From NCBI GenBank assembly GCA_963712025.1, contig CAVQGJ010000002.1, positions 131,005-195,004 on the forward strand: 64,000 bases of DNA, in the 5' to 3' direction. The position numbers were made by a program, and so were the translations under genes. The notes under the pieces are model-generated. The model worked only from the letters and a program-made list of their open reading frames with translations, had not been told where the DNA came from and ran no database searches. Shown here piece after piece: positions 20,671 to 31,241 of this stretch. This DNA comes from an uncultured Verrucomicrobiae bacterium. Lineage in GTDB: Bacteria; Verrucomicrobiota; Verrucomicrobiia; Palsa-1439. The number at the start of each line of letters is the position of its first letter. Position 1 is the first letter of the stretch.

Positions 20671-22068
20671 ATGCGGGCGTTTATTACCGAGAATTTTCTC
20701 CTGCAAACCCCGGTCGCCCGCGAGTTGTATCACGAATACGCGGCGAACGAACCGATATTTGACTATCATTGTCATCTCCCCCCCGACCAGATCGCGGCGA
20801 ACAAGCAATTCCGCAACCTGTATGAAGTCTGGCTGGCGGGCGACCATTACAAATGGCGGGCGATGCGCTCGGATGGTGTGCCCGAGAAATACTGCACCGG
20901 CGATGCCAGCGATTTGGAAAAATTTCTCGCCTTCGCCCGCACCGTTCCGCACACACTGCGCAACCCGTTGTATCACTGGACCCACATCGAACTGAAACGC
21001 TTCTTCGGCATCACCAAACTGCTCGACGAAAGCACGGCGAAAGAAATCTGGGACGAGGCCAACGAGAAGCTGGCCTCGATGCCCGTGCAGCGGATTCTCG
21101 AAACCAATCGCGTCGTCGTGGTGTGCACGACCGACGATCCCACCGACTCCCTCGAACATCATCGACGAATCCGCGAGTCGGGCGCCTTGCGCACCCGGGT
21201 GTATCCGGCGTTTCGTCCCGACAAGGCGCTGGCGGTGGACCAGCCGGCCGCGTGGACGGCGTGGGTGAACAAGCTCGGTGAATGCCCGACGTTGTCCGCG
21301 TTCCTCGGCGAACTGGTGAAGCGGCTCGATTTCTTCCACGCGAACGGCTGCCGATTGTCCGACCACGGGCTGAATTACGCCTATGCCGACGATTGCACCG
21401 AAACCGAAGCGGCGCGGGTGTTCGACGCGGCCCGGGCGGGTCGGACCGTGTCGCGCGCGGATGCGGACAAGTTTCGCAGTTTCGTCATGCTCTGGCTCGG
21501 CGAACAATACCAGGCGCGCGGCTGGGTCATGCAACTCCACCTCGGCGCCATGCGCAACAACAACACCCGGATGATGCGCACGCTGGGACCCGACACAGGG
21601 TTTGACTCGATCGGCGACTGGCCGCAGGCGGAGCCGCTGGCCCGCTATCTCGACAAGCTCGACCAGAAAAACCGTTTGCCGAAGACCATCCTGTACAACC
21701 TGAATCCCGCGGACAATTATGCGTTCGCCACGATGCTCGGCAATTTCCAGGACGGAAGCGTCCCGGGCAAACTCCAATTGGGCAGCGGTTGGTGGTTCCT
21801 CGACCAGCAGGAAGGCATGGAGTGGCAAATCAACGCGCTGTCCAACCTCGGCTTGCTCAGCCGGTTTGTCGGGATGATTACCGACTCGCGCAGCTTTCTC
21901 TCCTACTCCCGCCACGAATATTTCCGCCGATTACTCTGCCACCTCATCGGCCGCGACGTGGCCAATGGCCATCTGCCGCACGACATGGAGATGCTCGGCG
22001 ACCTCGTTCGCAACGTTTGCTACCACAACGCGAAGAACTATTTCGGCCTTGAGCCGGGCACGCTGTAG
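20671..22068 (+). CDS. uxaC: glucuronate/galacturonate isomerase
   Basis: MRAFITENFLLQTPVARELYH..PIFDYHCHL..GDHYKWR is a full-length UxaC match. Confidence 0.95.
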   Translation: MRAFITENFLLQTPVARELYHEYAANEPIFDYHCHLPPDQIAANKQFRNLYEVWLAGDHYKWRAMRSDGVPEKYCTGDASDLEKFLAFARTVPHTLRNPLYHWTHIELKRFFGITKLLDESTAKEIWDEANEKLASMPVQRILETNRVVVVCTTDDPTDSLEHHRRIRESGALRTRVYPAFRPDKALAVDQPAAWTAWVNKLGECPTLSAFLGELVKRLDFFHANGCRLSDHGLNYAYADDCTETEAARVFDAARAGRTVSRADADKFRSFVMLWLGEQYQARGWVMQLHLGAMRNNNTRMMRTLGPDTGFDSIGDWPQAEPLARYLDKLDQKNRLPKTILYNLNPADNYAFATMLGNFQDGSVPGKLQLGSGWWFLDQQEGMEWQINALSNLGLLSRFVGMITDSRSFLSYSRHEYFRRLLCHLIGRDVANGHLPHDMEMLGDLVRNVCYHNAKNYFGLEPGTL

Positions 22069-22153
22069 TCTGTTGCTTCGTATACACTCCGGAAGAAACA
22101 AACGTGGGTTCTCGCCGCGCTGGGGTGGCGCGATCACCGCCTGCATCGGGACA

Positions 22154-22273
22154 CGGGAAAATTTGCCAGTAGCACAACTGGCACCTGACGATAGCATCAA
22201 CGGCTTCTGCGTCGCGTTCAAACAGGCCACGAGCATGTCGCCGAAGCAATTTCGCGATAGCGTGGTACACTAG
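22154..22273 (+). pseudogene. remnant of the C-terminal HTH of an AraC-family gene
   Basis: ..LPVAQLAPDDSINGFCVAFKQATSMSPKQFR.. resembles the AraC end motif (IA...GF....F.R.FK...G.SP..FR), but there is no upstream ORF body. Confidence 0.35.
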
Positions 22274-22339
22274 AAACTTGCACGCGGCCGGAGCCACCAG
22301 CCGACACTACACGTTCTCCCCTCGCGCCGAGGGACTGTG

Positions 22340-25300
22340 CTACGGCAACAACACCCGCACGCGGTAGAATCGCGATGGGACATTCGTCGCCCCGCCGGAA
22401 TCGATCATGTTGGTTACCGCGCCAAAGCCGTTCCCTCCGCTGAGGATATTGGTCTGGCCGGTGCTCGCGAAGTTGTTGGCGTAGCTGCCGTTGGCGGCGC
22501 CGGTGGTGAATTCCAGGATATTGGTGCGTGACATGATGTCCAGCGGCGACGTGCTGTCGCCATTGGCGCCGAGATACGTCACGACAACGTCCGTGCCATT
22601 GGCTTCGGCGATGCTAATCACGCGCAGGTACGTCGCGCTATTGGTGGGATTGAAGCCCGCCAGGAACTTGTTGGTGTTGCTCATGCCGTCGCCCGTGTAG
22701 GAGGAATTCCCATCACAGAGCGCGCAGTTGGTGATGCCGTAGATTTGTTCCCAGCACGTAAACGGTTCCCCCGTCGTCACACTCGCGCTGCCGGTCATCG
22801 TCGCCGTGCACCCGCTGGTCACATTGGACGCAATCACCGTGTACGTGCCTGCCGCTGTCTGGCCCGAGAACGAAATCGCGCTGCCCGTGCCCCCGACCGG
22901 CGCACCAGTGGGATTGCCGTTCAGTTCCAACTGGTAATCCGCGGTCGATTCCGATCCATCCAAGCCGACCGTCACGCCGCCGCTGGCCGCACAGTAGGTA
23001 CCGCCGCCGGTCACATTGAACACCGCGGGACTCGTTAGCGCAACGGACAAACTGGAGCCACTGCCGGCGCATCCGTTGGCATTGGCCGGCGCGACCGTCA
23101 CGTTGCCGGCGGTCGAACCCCAATTGACCGAGATCGACGTGCTGCCCTGTCCACTGGTGATCGTCGCGTCGGACGGCACGGTCCATGTGTAGGTTGTCGC
23201 GCCACTGACGCTGGAAATCGAATAGCCCAAGCCGGTTTGTCCCGGGCAGGCGCCGGTCGGGCCGCCGATCGAGGCTGCCGCGCCCACGCCCGTGACCGTG
23301 ACCGACAGACTACCGGCCGTGCCGGTGCAACTGCCGCTGGAGGGCGTGACCGTTACATCGCCGCCGGTGGCCGCGCACGCGTAGTTGACGGTGATCGAGG
23401 TCGTGCCCTGACCACTGGCAACCGTTGCACCCGATGGCACGGTCCACGTGTAATTGTTTGCGCCGCTGACGCTGGAGATGGAGTATGTGACCCCGCTGTC
23501 GCCCGCGTTGACCGAACTGGAACCGGTGATGGCGCCCGCCGAACCGACGGAGCACCCGGAGGAAGCCTGGAGCACTGCCACGGCGCTCGTGGCGCTACCA
23601 GCCGTGTTATTCACAATAGCCAGGTACGTGCCGAGGTTCGTCGATTGGACGCTGGTGATTGAGAAGGTCGCATTGGTGGCGCCAGATACCGGTGAGCTGG
23701 TGTTGAAATACCATTGGTACGTCAACGGCGCGCTGCCGCCGGCCACGACCGTGAACGAGGCGCCTTGTCCATTGGTCACGGTCAGGCTTTGCGGATCGGC
23801 GGTGATCATCGGCGCCGATGGGGCGTACGAAGTGACCATCCAGTTGGTCTTATTCCACGTAAGCACGCCCGCGCCAGCACCAGCCGTGGGGCTGGTGACG
23901 ATGGCTTGCAGTTGGGCCGGATCATCCGGGTAATACGTGTACGGCAATTGATTGCCCGGCAGATTCCACGAGAACGCGATGACCGGCGCCTGTTTGGGTC
24001 CGAAGTCGGCGAGTCCGATGGTATTCGTGCTGTCGCCCCGGTAATCCGGCGCGGGCGGATTGTCAAAGTGATAGATCGAGTCGAGCGCCATGATCTTGCC
24101 GGTGTATGCCGGATTGTTAGGATTGGTCTGGTTGTTGCGTAGCGGCCAGAGGCAATCAATATACACCGACTTTTCCACCAAAATGGCCCCATTTTCGGTG
24201 GAAATGGTGCCGTTGACGGGTGGATCGAAACTGTAGGTGTTATTCAGTGTGTTTTGGTTGGCGGTGCTCATGGTGGCCGCGACCGCATCGCGCAAACGTT
24301 TGGCCGCCAGCACCGTCGTGTCGTCCACGTAGAGATTGTAATCATGCACGTTGCCGGCCCGCAGGCGCGGCACGCAACGATCCCAAACTCCCAACCACAG
24401 GTGGTGGAACGTCATCGTGATGGTGTCGTTGCCTGAGTCGAGATCATTCTGGCCCGCCAGGTGCGTCTTGTCATGCGCTTGCATGATGGTGACGATGTTG
24501 GTGGTGCTGTAACCATTCGTGCGGAGGAAGTTGTACATCGCGTAGCTCGATTTGTTTGATTCGAGTGAGTTGATCTGCTGCCAGACCCAACTGTTGGAAT
24601 TGGTGGCGCCATCGTCACCGACGTACCGGCACCAGGAAACGGTGATGGCCGAGCAGCCGGCCTTGGTGTCCATGATTCCGTCGTAGGATTTCGTGAACGT
24701 GCAGTGATCCACCCAGATGTTGCTCACCGCGCCGCCGTCGCCCAGCGTGATGAAGTCCCAGTCGTTTCTGTCGTATTGTCCCTTGGTAGATTCGTCCCAC
24801 TCCCAGTTTTGGTCGAACTTCAGGTTGCGGACAATGATGTTGCTGCAACTCTTAATGTTGAACTTGCAGTGGCAGATGCTCGAGGCGTTGGCCGAGAAGA
24901 TCGTCAAGCCATTCTTCTTTTGGATGTCAACGTCACTTTCGCCGGTCACCAGCAACACGGGATGAAGCAGTGGTGTTGCGCCCGAGCGGAACGGTTCGCT
25001 GTTGGCTTTCGCCGACGCTTCGATTTCATTATATCCAAGATTGAGGTTGGTCATGACCTCAATGACCTTCACGGTCTTGCTGTTGAGCGCGTTGGCGAGG
25101 TCGGTCGCGGTATAAACCTTGGCGTAGTTGGGATCCGTGTCCGCCAGGACACCGCCGCCGGTGGTTCCCTGGGCAAAGCCGGTCAGGTTATACGCGCTGT
25201 TCGGCACGAACACCGACGCCGTCACGGTAAGCTGGGCCGGGTCGCTGGTTGCGGTTCCTACGCTGTTGGAGGCCGTAACATAGTAGCTGCCATCGGCGGA

Positions 25301-26824
25301 GGTTTGGACGTTTGGCAGGGTCAACGTGGACGAGGTCGCGCCCGAAACCGGCACGTTATTGCTATACCACTGGTAGCTGATGGGCGCCGTGCCGTCGGCG
25401 AACGCCGTTAGCGTAGCCGTGCTGCCCGACAAAACCACTTGTGATGCGGGTTGCGAGGTAAAGACGGGCGCCACGGCGTTGGTGCTGACGTTGAGCATTG
25501 CGTTGGAGCTGGTAATGGTGCCCGCGAGGTTGCTGACGATGACGGAGTACAGGCCCGCTTCCCCGGGTTGAACATTGGTCAATATCAACGTGCTGTCGGT
25601 AGCGCCGTCCACGAGCGTGTTCGTATTGTAGTACCACTGATAGCTGAACGGCTCGGAGCCGCCGGCTTCGACTGTAAAGCTCGCGGTGTCTCCGGCGGAA
25701 ACGGTCTGGTCCTGCGGTTGGGTGATGATTGAGGGCGCATCGGGAGTGCTCACGGTCAACTGGGCCACCGCACTGGTGACCACTCCGTACGTGTTGGACA
25801 CGACAACGGAGTACCCGCCGGCATCCGTCAACTGCGCGTTCGTGATCGTCAACGACGAACTGGTATCATTGGTCAGAAGCGAGTCGGTGTTGTAATACCA
25901 TTGATAGAACAGCGGCGACGTGCCGCTGGCCAGCACGCTGAACGAGGCCGTCTGGCTCACAAGGATTTGTTGGTCCTGCGGATCGGCCGTGATCGATGGA
26001 GGGGTGCTCCCCGGGATGTATTCGACCTTCGCCTCGCTGAAAATGATCGCACCAGCCGTAGAACCATTGCCTGACGGACGGAGGGCGATTCCGTCGAAAT
26101 TGAAGTTGGCGGCTCCCGTGTCGGTGAAGGACGTCGTCAGGCTCGCGTTGTTCCCAATATTCAGCCAGGAAATGGTAACCGCGAGGGAACTTGTATCCGT
26201 CCGTTGCAGGGTAATCTGCAGGACATAATTGGTGGTATTGGCGAATCCGGGAAAGGTGCTGATGTTCCCGGGGCCGCTGGTCAGGGTTGTCCAGTCTCCA
26301 CTGGTTCCCAGCAACGCGCTGTCCGAGATGGTGGTGCGCTTCATGACACCGATGGGGTTGGCGTTGTTGAACGTAGCCCCCATGTTTCCAAACAGCGCAT
26401 ACCCTGGCACTCCGGCACCCTGACCGTTGTTGCCGCTGAAGTCCGCGCTGACCCTGTTGCTGCCAAAATAGAACAACCCGAGCCGGAAGCCCTGTGAAGT
26501 GTTCTCAGCCGCCACGCTGGTGAGGCTCAGGTTGAGGGTAGTGACCAGTGAGTCCCCGACGCCCAATTGCACCGGGGCGGCGGGATTGGTGGTAAAATAC
26601 GTGAGCGCCAGGATGGCTCCGTTGGGGACGCCAAGAGTCATGGAACCTGTTGTGGCAGTGAGGGAACCGCTGCTCGAAGTATACCACGCCGAATTGGTCG
26701 GCAAACTGGTGTTGCTGCGGTTTCCGTCAGCCCAAGTATCGTCCAAGATGACGTCGGCATGGCTGGGGGCCGCAAGGCCGATCAGGGTGGCAAAAACAAG
26801 GAAACTACGAAAGAAATGCTTCAT
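22340..26824 (-). CDS. secreted multidomain pectate lyase (PL1 catalytic domain flanked by Ig-like and PKD-like repeats)
   Basis: 1494 aa with a signal peptide. PL1 motifs WVDHCTF, DGIMD, RCVPRLRAGNVHDYNLY. Four Ig-like units (.QPQDQ.V..G..A.F.V.A.G..P..YQWY.N). PKD-like units (Y.WTVP.GA.I.SGQG..SI.V). C-terminal sorting-type domain. Confidence 0.9.
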   Translation of the reverse strand: MKHFFRSFLVFATLIGLAAPSHADVILDDTWADGNRSNTSLPTNSAWYTSSSGSLTATTGSMTLGVPNGAILALTYFTTNPAAPVQLGVGDSLVTTLNLSLTSVAAENTSQGFRLGLFYFGSNRVSADFSGNNGQGAGVPGYALFGNMGATFNNANPIGVMKRTTISDSALLGTSGDWTTLTSGPGNISTFPGFANTTNYVLQITLQRTDTSSLAVTISWLNIGNNASLTTSFTDTGAANFNFDGIALRPSGNGSTAGAIIFSEAKVEYIPGSTPPSITADPQDQQILVSQTASFSVLASGTSPLFYQWYYNTDSLLTNDTSSSLTITNAQLTDAGGYSVVVSNTYGVVTSAVAQLTVSTPDAPSIITQPQDQTVSAGDTASFTVEAGGSEPFSYQWYYNTNTLVDGATDSTLILTNVQPGEAGLYSVIVSNLAGTITSSNAMLNVSTNAVAPVFTSQPASQVVLSGSTATLTAFADGTAPISYQWYSNNVPVSGATSSTLTLPNVQTSADGSYYVTASNSVGTATSDPAQLTVTASVFVPNSAYNLTGFAQGTTGGGVLADTDPNYAKVYTATDLANALNSKTVKVIEVMTNLNLGYNEIEASAKANSEPFRSGATPLLHPVLLVTGESDVDIQKKNGLTIFSANASSICHCKFNIKSCSNIIVRNLKFDQNWEWDESTKGQYDRNDWDFITLGDGGAVSNIWVDHCTFTKSYDGIMDTKAGCSAITVSWCRYVGDDGATNSNSWVWQQINSLESNKSSYAMYNFLRTNGYSTTNIVTIMQAHDKTHLAGQNDLDSGNDTITMTFHHLWLGVWDRCVPRLRAGNVHDYNLYVDDTTVLAAKRLRDAVAATMSTANQNTLNNTYSFDPPVNGTISTENGAILVEKSVYIDCLWPLRNNQTNPNNPAYTGKIMALDSIYHFDNPPAPDYRGDSTNTIGLADFGPKQAPVIAFSWNLPGNQLPYTYYPDDPAQLQAIVTSPTAGAGAGVLTWNKTNWMVTSYAPSAPMITADPQSLTVTNGQGASFTVVAGGSAPLTYQWYFNTSSPVSGATNATFSITSVQSTNLGTYLAIVNNTAGSATSAVAVLQASSGCSVGSAGAITGSSSVNAGDSGVTYSISSVSGANNYTWTVPSGATVASGQGTTSITVNYACAATGGDVTVTPSSGSCTGTAGSLSVTVTGVGAAASIGGPTGACPGQTGLGYSISSVSGATTYTWTVPSDATITSGQGSTSISVNWGSTAGNVTVAPANANGCAGSGSSLSVALTSPAVFNVTGGGTYCAASGGVTVGLDGSESTADYQLELNGNPTGAPVGGTGSAISFSGQTAAGTYTVIASNVTSGCTATMTGSASVTTGEPFTCWEQIYGITNCALCDGNSSYTGDGMSNTNKFLAGFNPTNSATYLRVISIAEANGTDVVVTYLGANGDSTSPLDIMSRTNILEFTTGAANGSYANNFASTGQTNILSGGNGFGAVTNMIDSGGATNVPSRFYRVRVLLP
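25220..26002 (-). repeat. three tandem Ig-like (I-set type) coding repeats inside the pectate lyase gene
   Basis: aa ~275-535: ITADPQDQQILVSQTASFSV..YQWYYN; IITQPQDQTVSAGDTASFTV..YQWYYN; VFTSQPASQVVLSGSTATLT..YQWYSN. A fourth copy follows the catalytic domain. Confidence 0.75.
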
Positions 26825-27085
26825 GGAAAACCCTTCTACATTGTATGCAAACTTGACATACGTTACGTGTTACACTGTTGCATCCCGCCGCAAGTGGCTT
26901 TCCTGACGATAGTTCTACCCGAGACTACTGCGAAAAGTCTACCTTACGTATGGGCTTGTTATGCCACAATTCGTTGCCCAAAGTCAATATAAATGCTCCG
27001 CAACCCCATCCATGGATGAGTGAATAGGCTCGATTGCGCGAATCGTGCCAACAACTGCCGCCGCATTTCCCACGGCTGCATGTAC

Positions 27086-28345
27086 TTACCGTATGTCGGG
27101 AGGAATTCCCAGGCTGGTTGTCGCGCGACCGGGTGAAGTGAGCATGTTCTGCACTTCGATTCCCGCAAGGATGAACGGGCCGACGCCTTTGAGGTCGTTC
27201 TCCACAATCGGTTCCTTGAGGTAATACTCGTAGGAACCGTCCCGACCAGCGCCAAGGCCGGCCACGAGGCAGCAGTGCGTCAGGGAAACGCTCCCCTTGT
27301 CGTCCACCGTAACGAGTTTCTCAATGATGCCGCGGTAGCCTCTCACAATCGCGGGCACATAGTCGCGCGGCACATACCCACGGTTCACGCTTTTGGCCAG
27401 CGTGTACACGAACATGCTCGAAGCCGATGCTTCGAGATAATTGCCCGGGCGTCCCCCCTGATCGACCACCTGATACCACAGCCCGCTCGCCGGGTCTTGG
27501 TGCTTCACGACGCCGGCGCAAAGTTTCCGCAGCGTGGCGATGATCTCCGGCCGCCCCGGGTGATCCTTCGGAAAATAGTCCAGCACGTCCACCAACGCCA
27601 TTCCGTACCAGCCGATGGCCCGACCCCAAAAGTTCGGGGACGCCCCCGTCTCCTTGTTGGCCCATGCTTGTTGTTTGCTCTCATCCCAGCCGTGATAAAA
27701 CAGGCCGCTGGCCGGGTCGTATGTGTGCGCCGCCACCAGGCGAATTTGCCTCGCAACGTCGTCAAATGACGCGGTTGGTCCGTGGAAAAGGCTCGCGTAT
27801 TCCGTGTAAAACGGCGATCCCATGTACAATCCATCCAACCACATCTGGTGCGAGTATCGCTGTTTGTGCCAAAAACCACCTTCGCTCGTGCGTGGCTGGA
27901 CATCCAATTGCTGACGCAGCCGATCCGCAGCCTTTCGGTACCGCTCGTCCCCGGTCAACTGATATAAATCGAGCACCGTCCGGCCCGGATTGATATTGTC
28001 GAGACTGTACTCCTCGGGCCGGTATCCGCGTATACTGCCGTCCGTCATGATAAACGACCCGATGGCGGTAGCGGCAAATGCCGCATATCGCGGATCGTGA
28101 ACCCGCTCGTCGAGCCTCAGCAACGACAGCGTGAACAAGCCCGTCGTGTAGTCCCACTTGGCGCTGCCGCCTTCCGTCCACACCAGCTTGTCGCCGCGCC
28201 GGGCCATTTCCGAGTCGGCCATCCGGACCGACCATTGCAAGGGAGTAACGCCCGCAAATCGCCGCGGCGATGGCGCGACCGTGCTACAACCGTTCAAGCC
28301 GACCAAGGCCAACGCCGCGATGATTCCGGTCGACCGCGCCGTCAC
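27086..28345 (-). CDS. GH105 unsaturated rhamnogalacturonyl/glucuronyl hydrolase, lipoprotein
   Basis: Lipobox LVGLNGC. GFWHKQRYSHQMWLDGLYMG and NFWGRAIGWYGMALVDVL are YteR/YesR-family motifs. Confidence 0.85.
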   Translation of the reverse strand: MTARSTGIIAALALVGLNGCSTVAPSPRRFAGVTPLQWSVRMADSEMARRGDKLVWTEGGSAKWDYTTGLFTLSLLRLDERVHDPRYAAFAATAIGSFIMTDGSIRGYRPEEYSLDNINPGRTVLDLYQLTGDERYRKAADRLRQQLDVQPRTSEGGFWHKQRYSHQMWLDGLYMGSPFYTEYASLFHGPTASFDDVARQIRLVAAHTYDPASGLFYHGWDESKQQAWANKETGASPNFWGRAIGWYGMALVDVLDYFPKDHPGRPEIIATLRKLCAGVVKHQDPASGLWYQVVDQGGRPGNYLEASASSMFVYTLAKSVNRGYVPRDYVPAIVRGYRGIIEKLVTVDDKGSVSLTHCCLVAGLGAGRDGSYEYYLKEPIVENDLKGVGPFILAGIEVQNMLTSPGRATTSLGIPPDIR

Positions 28346-29613
28346 GGATGCGCCGCCTCCTTCGCGCCATTCATACCGGTCACCTGCGCGTTTTCGATGA
28401 TGAACGGCGGGCCTTCCTTGGGAGTGACCTGGACGTTCTTGAGCTGAATTCCCTTGGCGTCTTCCACCCTCAAGCCTTTGGCAGCAGCGGTGATGTGGAC
28501 GTTTTCCAGGACGACGTCCGTAATCTGGCTCTCCGGCAATCCGAGAATAACGCCCGCCGATTTCTGGCAGGTGGCGGTCAGATTGCTGATGTGGATGTTG
28601 CGGTAGATCGGCGTGGTGTCGGTAACGGGCTGTGGCGCCGCGTCTTTGGGAGCCGTTTTCTGCGCGGGATCACCCGCCGAATTGCTCATGTAATAGCACG
28701 TCAATGAGATCGCGGGGTTCACGTTTTTCATGGTGATATCGGTGTAACGAATGTTCTCCACCAGGCCGCCCCGGCGCCGGTCCGATTTGATCCGAATCCC
28801 GTTCTCGGTGTCTTGAAACGTGCAATTCGTCACCAGCACGTTGTGCACGCCGCCCGCCGTCTCGCTGCCGATCGACATGCCATGCCCGTGTTGGAAAATG
28901 CAATCGCTCACCGTGATATTCTCGGTGGCAAACTCGCGCCCCGGGATTTTCCGGCCCGATTTGATGGCGACGTTGTCGTCACCGACGTCGATCCGGCACT
29001 TGGTGATCAGGACGTTCCGGCATGCGCCGGGATCGATCGCGTCGGTGTTCGCCGCACCGGCCGGGGCCAGTATCGTCACGTTTGAGATCACCACGCCATC
29101 GCAATCGTTGGGGACGAGGTGGAACTTGGGCGAGTTTTGGAGTGTGATGTTCTCCACTCGCAGGTTCTGGCAACCCGTCAACACAATCAGATTCGGCCGG
29201 GGCAGCGTGTATCCCGGTGTCTTGATGCGCGCGTCTTCGGCAGCCCCCCACCAATTTGCGCCCGCGCCGTCGATCGTCCCGCTGCCGGTGATTGTCACAT
29301 CGACCAGGTTCTTGCCGCCGATAAAGGGAATGAAGTCACCGCTACTCCTGGCTGCGAGCCAGTTCGTGCCCGATTTCAAAAAGGCCGACTGATCCGCCGT
29401 CGCCTGCAACGTCGTCCCTTCGTCGAGTTGCACGGCCGTTTTGGTGCGCACGGTGATCGGTTTGCTGAGATACGTGCCTGCGGGAAACCGGACAATCCCG
29501 CCCCCGGCGTTTCCGCATTCATCGAGCGCTTTCTGGATCGCCGCGGTGTCCAGCGTCTTGCCATCGCCTTTGGCGCCAAACTCCCGGACGTCAAACACCT
29601 TGCCCGGATGCAT
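28342..29613 (-). CDS. GH28 polygalacturonase (copy 1); its signal peptide lies upstream in another frame
   Basis: FGAKGDGKTLDTAAIQKALDEC, NTDAIDP, GDDNVAIKSG, HGHGMSIGSE, RIKS are GH28 motifs. A signal peptide MKTVNNSMRRKPVFRPVLCVLLSLACL.. starts at ATG 29725 but is out of frame. Confidence 0.85.
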   Translation of the reverse strand: MHPGKVFDVREFGAKGDGKTLDTAAIQKALDECGNAGGGIVRFPAGTYLSKPITVRTKTAVQLDEGTTLQATADQSAFLKSGTNWLAARSSGDFIPFIGGKNLVDVTITGSGTIDGAGANWWGAAEDARIKTPGYTLPRPNLIVLTGCQNLRVENITLQNSPKFHLVPNDCDGVVISNVTILAPAGAANTDAIDPGACRNVLITKCRIDVGDDNVAIKSGRKIPGREFATENITVSDCIFQHGHGMSIGSETAGGVHNVLVTNCTFQDTENGIRIKSDRRRGGLVENIRYTDITMKNVNPAISLTCYYMSNSAGDPAQKTAPKDAAPQPVTDTTPIYRNIHISNLTATCQKSAGVILGLPESQITDVVLENVHITAAAKGLRVEDAKGIQLKNVQVTPKEGPPFIIENAQVTGMNGAKEAAHP

Positions 29614-29838
29614 TGGCGTCCGCTGCCCAACCGCTACGGACAGGTAGACAGGCCAATGACAGCAGCACGCACAGAACCGGGCGGAAGACCGGCTTCCGCC
29701 TCATTGAATTGTTCACGGTTTTCATTTCTTACTACTGACTCCTTTCATTCAAATCAGCGTCGCCCTGAATGAACAGCAATGGCGGCAGGCCCGCCGCGTC
29801 GTTCGGTGTCGGCTACCCAAGCGGGCTGGTGCCCCCCG

Positions 29839-31205
29839 TCATTTCTGGGCGGGATCTTTCCAACCGATCACCTCGGCGTTATCGGTGATGACCGCGGGGC
29901 CTTCCTTGTTGGTCAACTGGACGTTCTTGAATTGAATCCCTTTGGCGTTCCTGACCAGAAAGCCGGTCGTGGCGGCGCTGATCTGGACATTTTCCAGGAA
30001 CACATTCGAGATGTAGCTCTCGGGCAGTCCGACGATGATGCCGGTCGATTTCTGACACGTAGCCTGCACGTTATTGAAGTAGATATTGCGAAAGACCGGC
30101 GTGTGTTCCGACTTCGCCTGCGTGGGATCGACCAACGGCGGCGGCCGCGGGACAGGATCGCCCGACGAGTTGTTCATATAATAGCAGGTCAGCGTGATCG
30201 CCGGGTCGACGTTATTCATGATGATATCGCTGTAGTGGATGTTTTCCACCACCCCGCCCCGCGCCGGTCCGATTTGATCCGAATCCCGTTTTCGGTGTCC
30301 TGAAACGTACAGTTCTTCACCACCACGTCATGCACACCGCCGCGCACCGCGCTGCCAATTGACATGCCGTGTCCGTGCAGAAACGTACAATCCGTCACCG
30401 TAATATTCTCGCAGGAAAACTCGCGGCTCGCCGCTTTGTGGTCCGACTTGATGGCGATGTCGTCGTCGCCCACGTCGAGCCGGCACTTGGTAATCAGCAC
30501 GTTCCGGCAATCAGTGGGATCAATGGCATCCGTGTTCGGTGAATGCGCCGGCGCCACAACCGTCACGTTCGAGATGATGACGTCTTCGCAATCCGTCGGG
30601 TCCAAATGCATACAGGGGCCGTTCTGCAACGTGACATCGCGTACGGTCAGGTTTTTGCATCCGGTGATGACCACCAGCTTCGGTCGGGGCTGCGTATACC
30701 CGGGTGTCTTGCGCCGCGCTTCCTCGGCGGAAGGCCACCATCTGCCGCCCGACCCGTCAATCGTGCCGGGGCCAACGATCGCCACATCGTGAATGTCTCT
30801 CCCACCCACAAACGGGATGAAGGAATTCGTGTGCTCGGGGTTCACGAAATCCTCCCGCTCATCCGTCGCCTTCAGGACCGCGCCCGCATCCAGTTTCATG
30901 GTCGTGCTGCTGCGCATGACAATCGGCTTGCTCAGGTATGTACCCGACGAAAACTCCACGGTGCCGCCGCCGGAGGTGCCGCACTCGTCGAGCGTTTTCT
31001 GGATCGCCGCGGTGTCGAGCGTCTTGCCGTCACCCTTGGCGCCAAACTCCCGGACATTGAATACTTTGCTGGATGCGCTGGCGGCCGGCGCGGTGGTATC
31101 CGCCGCCCAACTGCTACTGATGGCCAGACAGGCCCACGACAGCAGCACGCACAGGACCGGATGGAAGGCCGGCTTCCGCCTCATTGAATCATTCACGCGT
31201 TTCAT
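29839..31205 (-). pseudogene. GH28 polygalacturonase (copy 2) with an apparent 1-nt deletion near 30258-30265
   Basis: ORFs 30216..31205 (signal peptide plus catalytic core: NTDAIDP, GDDDIAIKSD, HGHGMSIGS) and 29839..30252 (C-terminal part). Copy 1 reads cgg cgc cgg ggc ggc where copy 2 reads cggcgcggggcgggg. Confidence 0.75.
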
Positions 31206-31241
31206 TCTTGCTTCTGACTCCTTTCAGTCAAATGGATTGAA

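Noticed and set aside
20563-21915. 450-aa ORF on the minus strand
   Set aside because: It is antisense to uxaC. Shadow ORF.
26825-27085. AT-rich 260-bp region upstream of the pectate lyase gene with a 6-bp inverted repeat ATGCAA-N27-TTGCAT
   Set aside because: It is probably just the promoter region. The inverted repeat is too short and too widely spaced to call an operator.
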